Positions 11,501-21,300 of a stretch of 64,000 nt of DNA are shown piece after piece. A program made the position numbers and the translations under genes. How positions within the stretch are numbered: the stretch's first letter is position 1; each line of letters starts with the position of its first letter. Source of the DNA: a virus (lineage: Duplodnaviria; Caudoviricetes); IMG/VR virus record IMGVR_UViG_3300012983_000034, positions 32,001-96,000 of that record, one strand, 5' to 3'. Below the pieces are notes generated by a model. It was not told the DNA's origin, made no database searches, and saw only the letters and a list, made by a program, of their open reading frames with translations.

Positions 11501-12891
11501 CAGAAGAACCATATGCTTATTATTTGTTTAACAGATGGGATAAGAGCGGTTTCTTAGATAATGGTTTTGATGAAAACGGAGTTAAAACTATTAACGCTAT
11601 ATTTGATAGATTTGAATACTCATCTACCGCTTTTGACGGAAAAGATTTGGCAGACCTCTCTCCTGTTGAAATTTATGCAATGAATAAGTTAGGCTTAGCA
11701 CGAGATGTTATTTCAGATGGCGACCCATATTCATTCTCATTAGGTTATGATTTTAACTATGACGATATTGAATCTGTTGAAATCATTGGTGAGAATAGTG
11801 AGTTTGGTAACAACTATAGTTCTACGGTTGAGTTTAACGGCAAAAATTATTTTGATACTGGTATTCAACTGTTTGACGAAGATAAAGATTTTATACTTGC
11901 AATGGATTATGAGTATACTGGCACTACTGCTAATGCTGTGCTTGCACAATGTTATCAAGGAAATGGTAGTATTGGATTTAAGTTGCAGTATAATAATGGC
12001 GTTCAGTTGAAGTGGGGTTCAAATACATCTAATGTTGCAAGTGTTAATGAAAGAGAAATGCTTGTTATCAGACATAAGAAAGGTGACACCAACCTAACTA
12101 TTTATAGTTCTAATCTGAACGAAACAGAAGTAGAAATTTCATCTCTTGCAAGTAAAGAGTTTACATCTACAACCACTTTGATGTTCGGTTGTGAAAAACA
12201 GACATCTACAATCTTTGCTAATTATGCTTCTGGCAAAATACATTGGGCGAAGATTTGGTACAAAGATTTGGGCGAAGATGTTTGTAAGAAGCTTGCTTTG
12301 TGGACACACGAAAATATCGGTTTCAATGCTTGCGGATTTAACAGATATTATTTGGTAGACAATCCTGACGGTATGTGTTCATTTAGCTTGGTTGGTTCAC
12401 ATTTATTGGAAAGAACGAGACAGATGAATACTACGGATACTAATGTTGGAGGTTGGGCTAACTCAGAGTTAAACAACTTCTTGAATGGCAGATTGTATAA
12501 CGCCATACCCACACAAATCAGGTCTTTAATCAAGCCCGTAGTTGTTTGGTCGTCTATTGGCGGTGGTTCTACAACGACTCCTTCAACAGAGCTTTCATCT
12601 TCTAGTTGTTATGTTTCAATTCCGTCTGTTAAGGATGTAGACGGAATTAATACAAGTGGCGTGGCAAATAGCGACCCGTATAATAGCGAAAGCTTTACTC
12701 CTGTTTCAATTTTCTCAAGTGTTGACGCAAGAAAACGAGCGTTTGAAAACGGAGATTATAATGACTACTGGTTGCGTTCACCTGCAATTAATTATCCAAG
12801 ATATTTTTGGAGAGTTGAAGCAGATGGTTCTTTATATGCCATTTCGCCTTCAACCGCTAAATATGGTGTGTTAATTGAGATTTCGTTTTAA
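5596..12891 (+). CDS. Giant multidomain virion/adsorption protein (BppU-like N-term, Ig/LamG-like, CotH-like, LRR-like, DUF6273-like C-term)
   Basis: AAGGAGG RBS before ATG 5596; QGTSS, DNLAKN, WLYDVDTACG motifs; LxxLxL repeats; GGWANSELNNFLN...YWLRSP at the C-terminus. Confidence 0.7.
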   Translation: MSLSFEDSLKQNIKNNNENNIAIDNISAEDVSVAMPDIMTLDETHMVAAYSGDDGNWQQHPDYVRYSSFSDDNISTINDTKDIVLNRKQFNITQEENSQYIPFEMPRYYDGFDLARTTISIHYQTKSGRHGASKPVNVTFNDEKIRFGWLVDAGATLDVGMLEFEIHAYGTIAGTDGVSKSYTWKTKRNKDLNVLESLCDCNDVINNIDDTWMQELITDVAEKVADEIKNVAVGEQVEAAENAAAEAEKYAKDAQSSAETAASVANTAVTTALKDYAKTEYVDEAIASVDVSEQLKNYVKTSDLQENYYNKTETEQRVSTVLENYATKDDVATAITEADISEKLNDYYTKSETYSKTEVDTALGNVKVDLTGYATETYVDNKVTPLSSSIGTNAENISSLSKTVGELQGEVNSIDKSPRLTYDVEYNDAENPDVGENVFVFYEIENEGKENEVKEAKKKFTIVGGSGGGATSSSLKIGYVTTSPLVVTINDTAIIKYTFSGTDSSGDAVPEGNATWKINGKTIATNIALNGENSFDVTEYLSVGTQKVNLSIVDEAGSLVTKTWTVQKIDVRLESTFNDKLTYPMGTVSFDYTPYGAVSKDIHFVLDGKEIGKITTASSGIPMGYEIPAQTHGSHLLEVYMDTEINGNAIESNHIVKDILWYDTTSAVPVIGSTYQSFTARQYDATNIEYTVYDPTTETPTVEIAVDGVVVSTPTLDKSTNVYSFKTDVVGEHIITITCGETVKTLKANITKLDIDIAPVTAGLAFDFNPSGKSNNDVDRVWTDGTVSMSVSDNFDWINGGYQFDENGDQYFCIKAGTSAEIDYQLFADDAKKNGKEMKLVFKTTNVSKPDATFLSCMDNTTDTDHIGIQMDVHEAFIYGQAGKLDLSYSEEDIIEFEFNISKNTEAIPMVMGYEDGVSTRPMVYDDSHNFTQNTPKVISLGSEDCDLHIYRFKVYNTSLTDRGILNNFIADARNAEEMVSRYDRNQIYDENQNLDPDVLAEKCPWLRVYKISAPYFTNNKSDKVPNTTIQQIYKNGDPVLDNWTCYDCSHSGQGTSSNNYGAAGRNLDFIMNKSQIEGVKPYFKLGDGTVTDKITLTRTSVPVAYLNAKVNIASSNNMTNAMLANRYNEFQPYNRPFVRTASLSDVYSDEEISAMTEEEQSAALTKLQEKVDAETSYIKDTMEFHNCVIFIQETNEDASTHREFADNDWHFYAIGNIGDSKKSDKTRLTDMDDKYECCVEIMDVELPLSDFPVDTMYNAMGYKEDETTHEKKYIWAKNENLGILYEKINGEYVLTEDTEVDLNKTYYVDILEHDDFSEDFTYGWRYLYEGDDDEENAEVFDYCKQKWIELYRFITTSTDEEFKNRFDEYFVKDTALYYFLFAMRYCLVDNLAKNSFWHYSKTGEIDAQGNPIRKWSLDWLYDVDTACGLNNYGKQVYRYGLETTDTDEKGEEIFRESDSTFFCRIRDLFPAELKTMYNTLESKNAWHAESFINKADEWQSQFPEELWRVDIERKYIRTYNGSFINGEGDAQFLTNMANGKMKYHRRQWERSQEKYMASKYQSSVASGDNSVFRCSVPNGDLVVKPNYRLKLTPYAYMYLNVKYGTQNPIQLRAEPNKTYEIPFDGDKADIVDVYSSSLIQDFGDLSSCYVATADTSKASKVKKLIFGNETEGYDNPNFTTLTTGANYLLEELNIENVSGLTQSLNLTALNNLKELYAHGSNIGGVTFADGGKIEIAELPAINALTMKNLIYLATLDITNLRKLTTLTVENCNTVDLLTMLNQATNVNRVRIIGIDWNLADTSLLERLYEMKGIDKNGYNADQSVLTGTVTVPVIGQYELYKYQEAWSDLTIIPTTVIKQFAVTFKNDDGAVLDIQYVDQFQNAVDPITREENPIATPTKKSTISHDYTYAGWDSSLVNIIEDRTITATYTESLRKYTAQYVSKGVIFKTANGLYGDNIVCDDIPVYTAEEPYAYYLFNRWDKSGFLDNGFDENGVKTINAIFDRFEYSSTAFDGKDLADLSPVEIYAMNKLGLARDVISDGDPYSFSLGYDFNYDDIESVEIIGENSEFGNNYSSTVEFNGKNYFDTGIQLFDEDKDFILAMDYEYTGTTANAVLAQCYQGNGSIGFKLQYNNGVQLKWGSNTSNVASVNEREMLVIRHKKGDTNLTIYSSNLNETEVEISSLASKEFTSTTTLMFGCEKQTSTIFANYASGKIHWAKIWYKDLGEDVCKKLALWTHENIGFNACGFNRYYLVDNPDGMCSFSLVGSHLLERTRQMNTTDTNVGGWANSELNNFLNGRLYNAIPTQIRSLIKPVVVWSSIGGGSTTTPSTELSSSSCYVSIPSVKDVDGINTSGVANSDPYNSESFTPVSIFSSVDARKRAFENGDYNDYWLRSPAINYPRYFWRVEADGSLYAISPSTAKYGVLIEISF

Positions 12892-12899
12892 TTTTTGAT

Positions 12900-12928
12900 G
12901 GAGGTAGGTTGTTCCTACCTCCTCTTTT
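12900..12928 (+). terminator. Intrinsic terminator
   Basis: GGAGGTAGG-ttgtt-CCTACCTCC followed by TCTTTT. Confidence 0.6.
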
Positions 12929-12945
12929 AGTGAGGTAAATGAATT

Positions 12946-13260
12946 ATGTTTTATAAAGTATTAAAAAACAATAAAGTTATAGATGTGCTTCAAGGTCTCA
13001 CTTATTTAAAATATCAGCCAAAGAATAAAATTATGGTTTTAAGTGATATAAACGAGGCACAAGCAATTCTTTCTTCTGACGGAAACACCATATGGCATGA
13101 GGTATCTTTATATGAATTACCTGTAAGTGGATATGATACAGTGGAAGTTGTTGAGATTGACGAGTATGAATATAGACAATTAAAGGTTCTTAATATGAAA
13201 TCACCTGAACAAATAATTGACGAATATAATTTGTTGTTATTGGAAATGGGGGTTATCTAA
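12946..13260 (+). CDS. Small tail-associated protein (XkdW-like position)
   Basis: GAGG RBS; follows large fibre gene and precedes XkdX-like ORF. Confidence 0.5.
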   Translation: MFYKVLKNNKVIDVLQGLTYLKYQPKNKIMVLSDINEAQAILSSDGNTIWHEVSLYELPVSGYDTVEVVEIDEYEYRQLKVLNMKSPEQIIDEYNLLLLEMGVI

Positions 13261-13391
13261 TGAATCAGTTTGTTGAATCTATAAAACGCTTATATCGTAA
13301 TGGTATGGTATCCGAAGAAAAGATAATTGAATTATATAAGAATGGTAAAATAACAGAGAATGAAAAGAGTTATATCTTGGAAGTCAATTGA
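13260..13391 (+). CDS. XkdX-like small protein, 43 aa (not in ORF track)
   Basis: MNQFVESIKRLYRNG...NGKITENEKSYIL; TAATG overlap with upstream stop. Confidence 0.65.
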   Translation: MNQFVESIKRLYRNGMVSEEKIIELYKNGKITENEKSYILEVN

Positions 13392-13451
13392 GTACTCTAA
13401 TACTCTATTAGGGTTTTATATAAATATTATTTTATAAAGGAGGAAACGAAT

Positions 13452-14408
13452 ATGGCTGACAGAGCAAAACACGCATTTGGTATGCTTGAAAACATTGATG
13501 CTGCTCTTTCAAAAGGCACAATTGATGCTTATGACATTTTATTTGTCAAAGATGCAGAAGGCAAACCCTATGTAGGTTGGATTGACAAAGACGGCAATAA
13601 AGTAATTGTTCAAGAAGACGAAAAAATTGTTCGTGTAGCAGAGCTTCCTATTGTTGATGGGAACAGCGATGTAATCTACATTTATAACAATGAAGGTTAT
13701 ATCTGGGATGGTACAAAATGCATCCCCCTTTCCAAATCAACAGACCTCTCTGAGTTAGAGGCAGAAATTGCAACAAAGGCTGATGCTAAAGAAATCAACA
13801 CCAAATTTGGCGAAATTGAAACTGCTTTGGACGATGTGGCAAATGCATCACATACTCACGAAAAGATTAAGTATGAGTTTACAAATGTTCCTGTTGGTAC
13901 TCTCGTAGATTATCGTGAGAACGAAATCAGAGTTATGTGCCCTGCTGATGCAGTATTTACAAAGCAATCTGTTGGTGCTGGTGGCAATCCCAATAATTAT
14001 TATGCGACATTTAAGACATATGCGCCTAATGACGATGTTGTTGGTTACATTGAACATTTGGGAAACCAAGTTGACAGCGAAGTTTTGACTGATTTAAAAA
14101 TAGACGAGTACGGCAGAAAGTATCAACCTACTTGGCTGGGCATTGCATCTTATGATGAGTCAACTGATACTTGGACTTATCTTGGTGAGAATTCATCGAA
14201 GGATAAGTATATTGGTTGGGACTATCAAATCGACTGGTACAATGCTGACGGTGTAATGATTGCATCGGATAGTATAAGAATTAATTTGTCTAACGAAAAT
14301 TGTCATTCATCTATTGAACCTTATTATGTAGGCAAGATGATGAATGAAGTTGATAAGAAAATTGAAACTGCTGTTGCCCAATACACAATTGAAGTCGTTG
14401 AATTTTAA
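13452..14408 (+). CDS. Virion fibre/decoration protein
   Basis: AAGGAGG RBS; acidic; ends IEVVEF. Confidence 0.5.
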   Translation: MADRAKHAFGMLENIDAALSKGTIDAYDILFVKDAEGKPYVGWIDKDGNKVIVQEDEKIVRVAELPIVDGNSDVIYIYNNEGYIWDGTKCIPLSKSTDLSELEAEIATKADAKEINTKFGEIETALDDVANASHTHEKIKYEFTNVPVGTLVDYRENEIRVMCPADAVFTKQSVGAGGNPNNYYATFKTYAPNDDVVGYIEHLGNQVDSEVLTDLKIDEYGRKYQPTWLGIASYDESTDTWTYLGENSSKDKYIGWDYQIDWYNADGVMIASDSIRINLSNENCHSSIEPYYVGKMMNEVDKKIETAVAQYTIEVVEF

Positions 14409-14466
14409 GAAGGTGCAGCAAATATGAAAAACTTAATATTAACAAGTAAGGAGGTGACGATGAAAA

Positions 14467-15693
14467 ATGGCTAATGTAGAAAATGGCGCATTACAATCTG
14501 CAATAAATAATGCCGCTGTTGGTGAGACACTTGTATTAACAAGTGATATGGTGCTGACAGGTCGGGTAACTGTGTCAAATGTGGTGACTATTGACCTTAA
14601 TGGTCACGTTATTACTGGCAACGTTAACGACGGCTATGGAGCGATTTATGTGGGGACAAATGGTGTTTTAACCATTAAAGATAGTAGTTCTGCTAAGACT
14701 GGTGCTATCATTAACACTGTTGGAAATGCCATTGGTAACTTTGGTATTGTCAATATATATGACGGTACATTTACAGGAGATTATGCTTTGTATAATTTCC
14801 ATTACAATGACTCTATTTATGGGACTTCCGTTATATATGGTGGCACATTCAAATCTGCTGTTGACGGTCATCCATCAGTTGCAAACTGCGGTGATTTGAC
14901 GGTTAATGGCGGTACTATTGAACTCCTTGATACAACAAATGTGTTAAATGTTACTGGTGGCGCTATCGAATCTTTGTATGTTGGTATTGCAGATTATAAT
15001 CCCGAAAAACAAAGAACTTCTGTTAGTGGCGGTAATATTGTTAACTTAGATGTTGCAGAGGATAGCGACAATAAAGTTGTTGTCTCTGGTGGAACATTTG
15101 GTTGTGAAATCGATAGTCGGTATTTGGCTGACGGTTTTGAGCTTTCTTATAATGAAAGTACTGGCAGCTATGGTGCCATTGCGGATTCTAGTGTTGCAAG
15201 TAGTGGATTAAAAGTAATAGCCACATCGTCATCTAAAATCAGAGATTTGATTATTCGAGATAATCAGCTAATTTTCATTAGGGACTTAGGCAGAATTGCT
15301 TTTGATTCCAAAGGAAAGCGTGTCTTCTATAATCAGATTGTAGAATTAGAAACTGAAGCCGATAGATTGGCTTTGGTAAATCCTGCTGGTGGCTACTATT
15401 TTGTAATTGGGTCTGCGTGTTTATGGTTCTATAAAAACGGTTGGACTCAGATTACTGAAAGACCTCAAGAAGTTTTGTTTATCGGCGTTGAAATCCCTGA
15501 GCTTGGTCAAGAAGGTAAACTTTATGTCGATACTGATGATAGAGAAATTTCTGTATGGGATGACGAAACAGATAAATATATAAAAGTTTCCAATTTCACA
15601 GAAGAAGCAACAGATGTCGATATTGAGAGTTTATTTGATACAGACTCTGATACCGATGCCGATGTAGAGACTGATACCGAGGTTGAAACTTGA
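14467..15693 (+). CDS. Beta-helix-like adhesin/fibre protein
   Basis: TIDLNGHVI and repeated GGTF/GGTI strands; acidic tail. Confidence 0.5.
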   Translation: MANVENGALQSAINNAAVGETLVLTSDMVLTGRVTVSNVVTIDLNGHVITGNVNDGYGAIYVGTNGVLTIKDSSSAKTGAIINTVGNAIGNFGIVNIYDGTFTGDYALYNFHYNDSIYGTSVIYGGTFKSAVDGHPSVANCGDLTVNGGTIELLDTTNVLNVTGGAIESLYVGIADYNPEKQRTSVSGGNIVNLDVAEDSDNKVVVSGGTFGCEIDSRYLADGFELSYNESTGSYGAIADSSVASSGLKVIATSSSKIRDLIIRDNQLIFIRDLGRIAFDSKGKRVFYNQIVELETEADRLALVNPAGGYYFVIGSACLWFYKNGWTQITERPQEVLFIGVEIPELGQEGKLYVDTDDREISVWDDETDKYIKVSNFTEEATDVDIESLFDTDSDTDADVETDTEVET

Positions 15694-15858
15694 TTTGATT
15701 AAATCATTTAATTACTAATTATTATTATTTTATGGTAATTTAACTCTCACTTAAAATGAGGGTTTTATTTGGTATATTGTTATGTTTAATATTGCGTTTA
15801 TCGCTTGGAAGTAAATTTATATATTATTAATTTTTTATTTAAAAGGAGAAAAATGATT

Positions 15859-17421
15859 ATGGCTACAAAAAAGTATGTATCTTTAGAGAAACTTGGTCTT
15901 TATGATGAGAAAATTAAGGGTGTAATTTCTGCTGGCGACGAAGCTGCTTTAGATGCTGCAAAGGCATATGCTGATGGTCTGGCTGGCAATTATGAAGCTG
16001 CTGGTACTATTGCTACCGCAAAGTCTGAGCTTGAAGGTAAAATTGCCACTGCTCAGGGCGCTGCTGATGGTGCCGCTGAAGCTGCTGCAAAAGCTCAGGG
16101 CGAAGTAGACGCTCTGGAAACTCTGGTTGGTACTCTTCCCGAAGGCTCTACTGTTACAAATGTTGTTGCTTATATCGATAAGAAGACTGAGGGTATTGCG
16201 TCCGAAGGTGCAATGACTGAGCTTTCTGGTCGTGTAAGCACCGTTGAGGGCAAAGTTACTACTATCGAAGGCGACTACCTGACTTCTGCTGACAAGACCG
16301 AGCTGAGCGATGCTATTGGCGCTGAGAAAACTCGTGCTGAGGGTATTGAGGCTGGTCTGCGTACCGATGTTGATGCTATTAAGGCTGACTACCTGAAGGA
16401 AGAGGATAAGACCGCTCTTCAGAATAGCATTGATGGCGTTGCAGAGGATGTTGCTGATATCGTCAAGGACTATCTGACTTCTGCTGATAAGACCGAACTT
16501 CAGGGCAAGATTGACGCTAAGGCTGCTCAGACCGCTCTGGACGCTGAGGTTACTCGTGCTACTGGCGTTGAAGAGGGATTGCAGACTCAGATTAACACAA
16601 TTATGAACAACCCTGATGCTGAGGGTGCTATCAACTCTATTAATGAGTTTACTACTTGGGTTAGTGAGCACGGTACTATTGCTGACGGTATGAGAACCGA
16701 TATCAACAAGAATAAGGATGATATCGCTGCAATGGATACCGCTTACAAGGCTGCTGACACCGCTCTGTCTGGTCGTCTGGACACTCTGGAAGCTATTGAC
16801 CACGAGGCTTATGTCGCTGCTGACACTGCTCTGAAGACTGAGCTTGAGGGCAAGATTAATGCTAAGGCTGATGCTTCTGTCGTATCTTCTCAGGGCGAAG
16901 CTATCGCTGCTCTTCAGGGTGCTGACACCACTCTCTCTGGTCGTATCGACGCTCTGGAGGGTGCCGTTGGCGAGTCTGGTTCTGTAGCAGAGGATATCGC
17001 TGCTGCTAAGCAGGAGGCTATTGATGCTGCTGCTACCGATGCTACTTCCAAGGCAAACGCCGCTGAGTCCGCTGCTAAGGGTCACGCAGATTCTCTGAAT
17101 ACTGCAATGAACACTCGTGTAGAGGCTCTTGAGGCTATTGACCACGACCATGCTAACAAGGCAGAGCTTGACCTGATTGCTACTGGCGATAAGGCTAAGT
17201 GGGATGCCGCTGCTGGCAAGGCTCACGAGCATAGTAATCTGTCTGTTCTTGAAGGTATTACCTCTGCAAAAGTAACCGCTTGGGACGCTGCTGAGGGCAA
17301 TGCTAAGTCTTATGCCGATACAGAGATTGCTAAGGACAGAACTCGTCTCGACGCTGTTGAGGCTGGTCTTGCTTCCTTCGTAGAAGTAAGTGAGCAAGAA
17401 ATTTTGGATTTATTTGCATAA
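15859..17421 (+). CDS. Ala-rich coiled-coil fibre protein
   Basis: Heptad-like repeats, AKxYAD and HxHxNK motifs; strongly biased codons. Confidence 0.6.
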   Translation: MATKKYVSLEKLGLYDEKIKGVISAGDEAALDAAKAYADGLAGNYEAAGTIATAKSELEGKIATAQGAADGAAEAAAKAQGEVDALETLVGTLPEGSTVTNVVAYIDKKTEGIASEGAMTELSGRVSTVEGKVTTIEGDYLTSADKTELSDAIGAEKTRAEGIEAGLRTDVDAIKADYLKEEDKTALQNSIDGVAEDVADIVKDYLTSADKTELQGKIDAKAAQTALDAEVTRATGVEEGLQTQINTIMNNPDAEGAINSINEFTTWVSEHGTIADGMRTDINKNKDDIAAMDTAYKAADTALSGRLDTLEAIDHEAYVAADTALKTELEGKINAKADASVVSSQGEAIAALQGADTTLSGRIDALEGAVGESGSVAEDIAAAKQEAIDAAATDATSKANAAESAAKGHADSLNTAMNTRVEALEAIDHDHANKAELDLIATGDKAKWDAAAGKAHEHSNLSVLEGITSAKVTAWDAAEGNAKSYADTEIAKDRTRLDAVEAGLASFVEVSEQEILDLFA

Positions 17422-17462
17422 ATAGCTTTAATTTAAAGTTGTTTAACTAATAAATATATACA

Positions 17463-17488
17463 AGGAGACCTCTTAATTGAGGTCTCCT
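17463..17488 (+). terminator. Hairpin/terminator
   Basis: AGGAGACCTC-ttaatt-GAGGTCTCCT. Confidence 0.55.
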
Positions 17489-17533
17489 ATCTCTAAACAA
17501 AAATGAATGAAAAAATATTAATTTGAAAGGGGC

Positions 17534-17980
17534 GTGAATATCATGAAGATGTATTATAATAACGTTCCAATAAAATCTTTAAATGTTAAACATTATGAAC
17601 TTGATACCAATTCGGCTACGATGGTTCCTTCTGACCTTCAGACGGGTGTTACAGCATTCGCAAAAGGTAAGAAGGTAGAAGGCACAGGCAAAGCGTTTGA
17701 ATTTGCAATGTATGGAGATTGGAATACAAATACTCCAATTGTTGTTCCCTCAACAATAAATGTTGTTCAAGTTGGAAGTCTTAACTACCCGATAAGAATG
17801 ACTAATTCTGTATACAATATGAATTCTCTTGATTTTACGAAAACACAAAAAATAGCAGAAGTAACTATTGAAGGAACCGTATATTCTATTTCTGCATCTG
17901 TACAAAATGGAATGTTGACTATTTTTTGTGACAATACAATAGAAATACAATTATTTTTTGGAAAGGACAATTATAGGTAA
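17534..17980 (+). CDS. Small fibre-associated protein
   Basis: ATxxPSDLQTGVTAFAKGKKVEGT motif resembles phage tail-fibre repeats. Confidence 0.45.
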   Translation: MNIMKMYYNNVPIKSLNVKHYELDTNSATMVPSDLQTGVTAFAKGKKVEGTGKAFEFAMYGDWNTNTPIVVPSTINVVQVGSLNYPIRMTNSVYNMNSLDFTKTQKIAEVTIEGTVYSISASVQNGMLTIFCDNTIEIQLFFGKDNYR

Positions 17981-17985
17981 ATATT

Positions 17986-18207
17986 ATGGATAAAAAAAAT
18001 GTAAATCTTCAATATCGGTACGCTTACATAAATTTAGAAACTGGCGAATGTCTTGGTTGTGCAACATTTAGTTATGAAATTATTCATGAAGCTTATATTT
18101 CTGTTCCTCACGGAGATAACACTTATGTTGGTCTCTTTTATAATCAACAGGACGGTCTTTGGTATACAGATGGAACTTTCAGCGTATTGGCTGATGGATT
18201 CAACTAA
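17986..18207 (+). CDS. Small hypothetical protein (fibre chaperone-like)
   Basis: ORF and context only. Confidence 0.4.
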   Translation: MDKKNVNLQYRYAYINLETGECLGCATFSYEIIHEAYISVPHGDNTYVGLFYNQQDGLWYTDGTFSVLADGFN

Positions 18208-18253
18208 TTAATAACGCAAACAATAACAATTAAATACAGAAAACAAAAATCTT

Positions 18254-18285
18254 ACGAGGGTAGTCCTCTACCCTCGTTTTATTTT
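18254..18285 (+). terminator. Intrinsic terminator
   Basis: ACGAGGGTAG-tcct-CTACCCTCGT + T-rich tail. Confidence 0.7.
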
Positions 18286-18398
18286 AAATATAATTTTATT
18301 TTGTAATTATGTGTGATAGCTAGACACATAAAAACAAATAAATAAAATTTTTAAAAATTAAATTCTCTATAATCTATATAGAAAGGAGAAAAAATAAA

Positions 18399-21300
18399 AT
18401 GGCAACAAGAAAATATGTGAGTTTGAATAAACTCTCAGTCTTCTTAGACAAGTTAAAAGCCACATTCGCCTCTCTCACACACACTCATTCATATGATGAG
18501 CTGAGAAACAAGCCGTTTTATGAAGGCACAGACTACTCTTCTGTCTTCGCTTCTACGGTAAATTTCTATGAATGGGGCGGCGGAGTTTATGGTGCTGCTG
18601 TTACAGATGCACCGAAAGTGCTTACTCAAAGTATATCTCATAAAGTTATATGGGATGGCGTAGAGTATACTATGACTTCTGCTTTTGCTGGCAACAACGA
18701 TGCTGGTAATCCTATTACATCTATTGGTGCTCCATATGGCGACTATTCAAACTATCCATTTGGTATTGATAGTTATATGACCGCATCTGGCACATATGAG
18801 TTTAGTATTCATACAAATTCAACTACTTCTACTCACACAATTGATATCTTAGAACTTGGTTCTAGTTTTGTGACTCTTGATGATAGATTTATTTCTGATA
18901 ACATTGCTAGAACTCTTGATGTTGATACTGCAATCGAAAACCTCAGAGATAATACTGATAAAGTTGCTAATGCTTTAAAAGGCTATGCAAGTGGGGAATC
19001 AGTGACTCTAACCGATGTTTCTCCATTAGAGCATGAAATTAAAGTAAAAATACAAACAAATGGCGAACAAATTGGAAAAGAACCTGCTCTTATTGGTGAG
19101 GAAAATATGTTGCAGTATGAAGGAGACATTGAATTTGGTAAAAGCTATACAATAGATTCTTATGGCTATAATGATGACGAGGGAACAGACTATATTGGTT
19201 TTTATAATGACTATGAAGAATATTGCCTTCTAATAATTTATTCATATGAACATTCAATTTCTTCTATAGAAGAAATTAGTAATTATAATTTTATACGATT
19301 CGAAATGAAAGATGAAGAAGAAGGTTGGGAAGCTTATCTTGAACCAGATGATTTCTCTTCTGTTAGAGTAACCGTATCTGGTACAGGAGAAAAGTTCGCC
19401 TTGGGGAATTATGAGAATAGCGGTGGCGATTGCTGGGATAACAATGGAACTTTTATTGTAGAATCGGTAGAATCGGCTGATGATTTTGATTACGGAATAA
19501 TCTATTTTACAAATGGCACATATTACGAGGGAACAATAAGGAATGATAATATACAAGCGGGGGATAAAGCAAAAATTGAATACAACTATGACCCTGCTTA
19601 TGAATACAACGTTCCTTGTCTTGTTATTATTAAAGGTGATTATATAGAACCTACAATATACACGCCAAATAAAGAAGGTGTTATTTCTGGTATTATTGGA
19701 GATGGAAAAGTTATAATCATTTCAAATAATAAAGACTATATACTTGAAGTAGAATATAATAGAGACATAAATGGAATAATAAGCGATATTTCCAATGAGG
19801 TTGTCAGCGTACAAAGCAAAGCAGATAGCGCATATAACATTGCAAATAACGCACAGACTACCGCAAATAACGCTCTTGATAAGGCAAATGGTGCACAGAC
19901 TACCGCAAATAACGCTCTTGATAAGGCAAATGGCGCACAAAGCGTAGCAACTAATGCGCAGACTACTGCAAATAATGCTCTTGATAAAATAGAACAAATG
20001 TCTAATCCGAGCGTCATCACTGGTACAGCAAATGGTTCCGCCGTAGCATTGACTGATATTTCGCCTTTGGAACACGAAATCGGTGTGAAATTGGCGAGTG
20101 ACACATTGACCGATTTTTCTTCCGTCACCTTGACCAAGTACGGAAAGAACATTTTTAGCGATAGTATTCAGTTTACGGGCGTGAATTTTGAAGAAAACGG
20201 AGATAAGATTTTTGCTCCTCGTAACTACGATGTAGAGGGAGCAAGAAACGAATATATAGGTTTTACTATAACGGATATATGGCAATTAGCGTATGACAGA
20301 GGATTAAGCCTTACTGTTTCTTTTGATATGAAAGCCGCAAAAGAAGGGCAAATTCTAATTTATACTCTCGGAAAACCCCGTTTGACTCATAACCAATGGC
20401 ACGATGTTACCACCGAATGGCAACATTTTAGTTTCACCGCAACAACTTATATCGAGCCGAATGCCGATGGAAGCGATGATTGCGATTTATCTTTTTATGG
20501 CACTTATGAAAGTGGTGTTACTCCTTTTTTGAAGAATATTCAAATAGAGATAGGCACAATGGAAACGGAATATGAACAATTCCAAAAGCAAACATACACA
20601 CCCAATGCTGACGGAACGGTTGACGGTGTAACAAGCTTTTATCCCACAACTACACTTTTGACCAATGTAGAAGGTATAACCATTACAGCAGAATATATTA
20701 AAAATGTAAATGATGCTCTTAATATCGAACCCTCTAATGAAGCAGATACTTCTCTTGTAGTTGGTGCCAACATTTCTGATGTTCTTCGTTATACCAAACA
20801 AGATTTAACTGATGCTCAAAAAGCTCAAGCAAGGAATAATATTGAAGCGGTGAGTAGAGATGAAGTTGGTATTGTTATAGAAACATCAGTCAATTTATTC
20901 AATAGAAACGATGCAAGAAACAAATACAACACCTTCATTTTGGGCGGCTACAATGCTTTTAATGGCTATATTGTTTCTCACCCCATTTATATGAAAGCAG
21001 GCGTTTCTTATAAATATCGTTTCCACGGCAGTTTAGGAACAAATCAAGTTGTTGCTAGAGTTGAAGCCGATACAAGCGAAATTCTGCAAGAGTACACTTA
21101 CAATGTTGAAAACGTTGAGTATGTTTCTTTCACGCCAACCGAAAGCGGTTATTATGTAGTAAATCTCGGTAATGCTTCGGATGTTTTGGAATATTTTATG
21201 GTATGCCGTGAGAACGAATATCCTAGCAATTTTGTGGAGTTTGGAACAAAAACGACAACAACGACTATGAGAAATCCTCTTTTGGGTAAAAGCATTGCTC

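Noticed and set aside
12400-12928. DUF6273-like C-terminus plus hairpin as a diversity-generating retroelement target
   Set aside because: No reverse transcriptase or template repeat seen in the window, and terminal codons do not show the NNY pattern expected from AAY mutagenesis. A distant RT/TR cannot be excluded.
15752-15767. Exact TAAAA-N6-TTTTA match (another at 24403-24418)
   Set aside because: In very AT-rich intergenic DNA and not at a stop/SD junction; about this many are expected by chance, so not counted.
15949-17397. 482-aa antisense ORF
   Set aside because: By-product of biased codons on the plus strand; no RBS and implausible composition.
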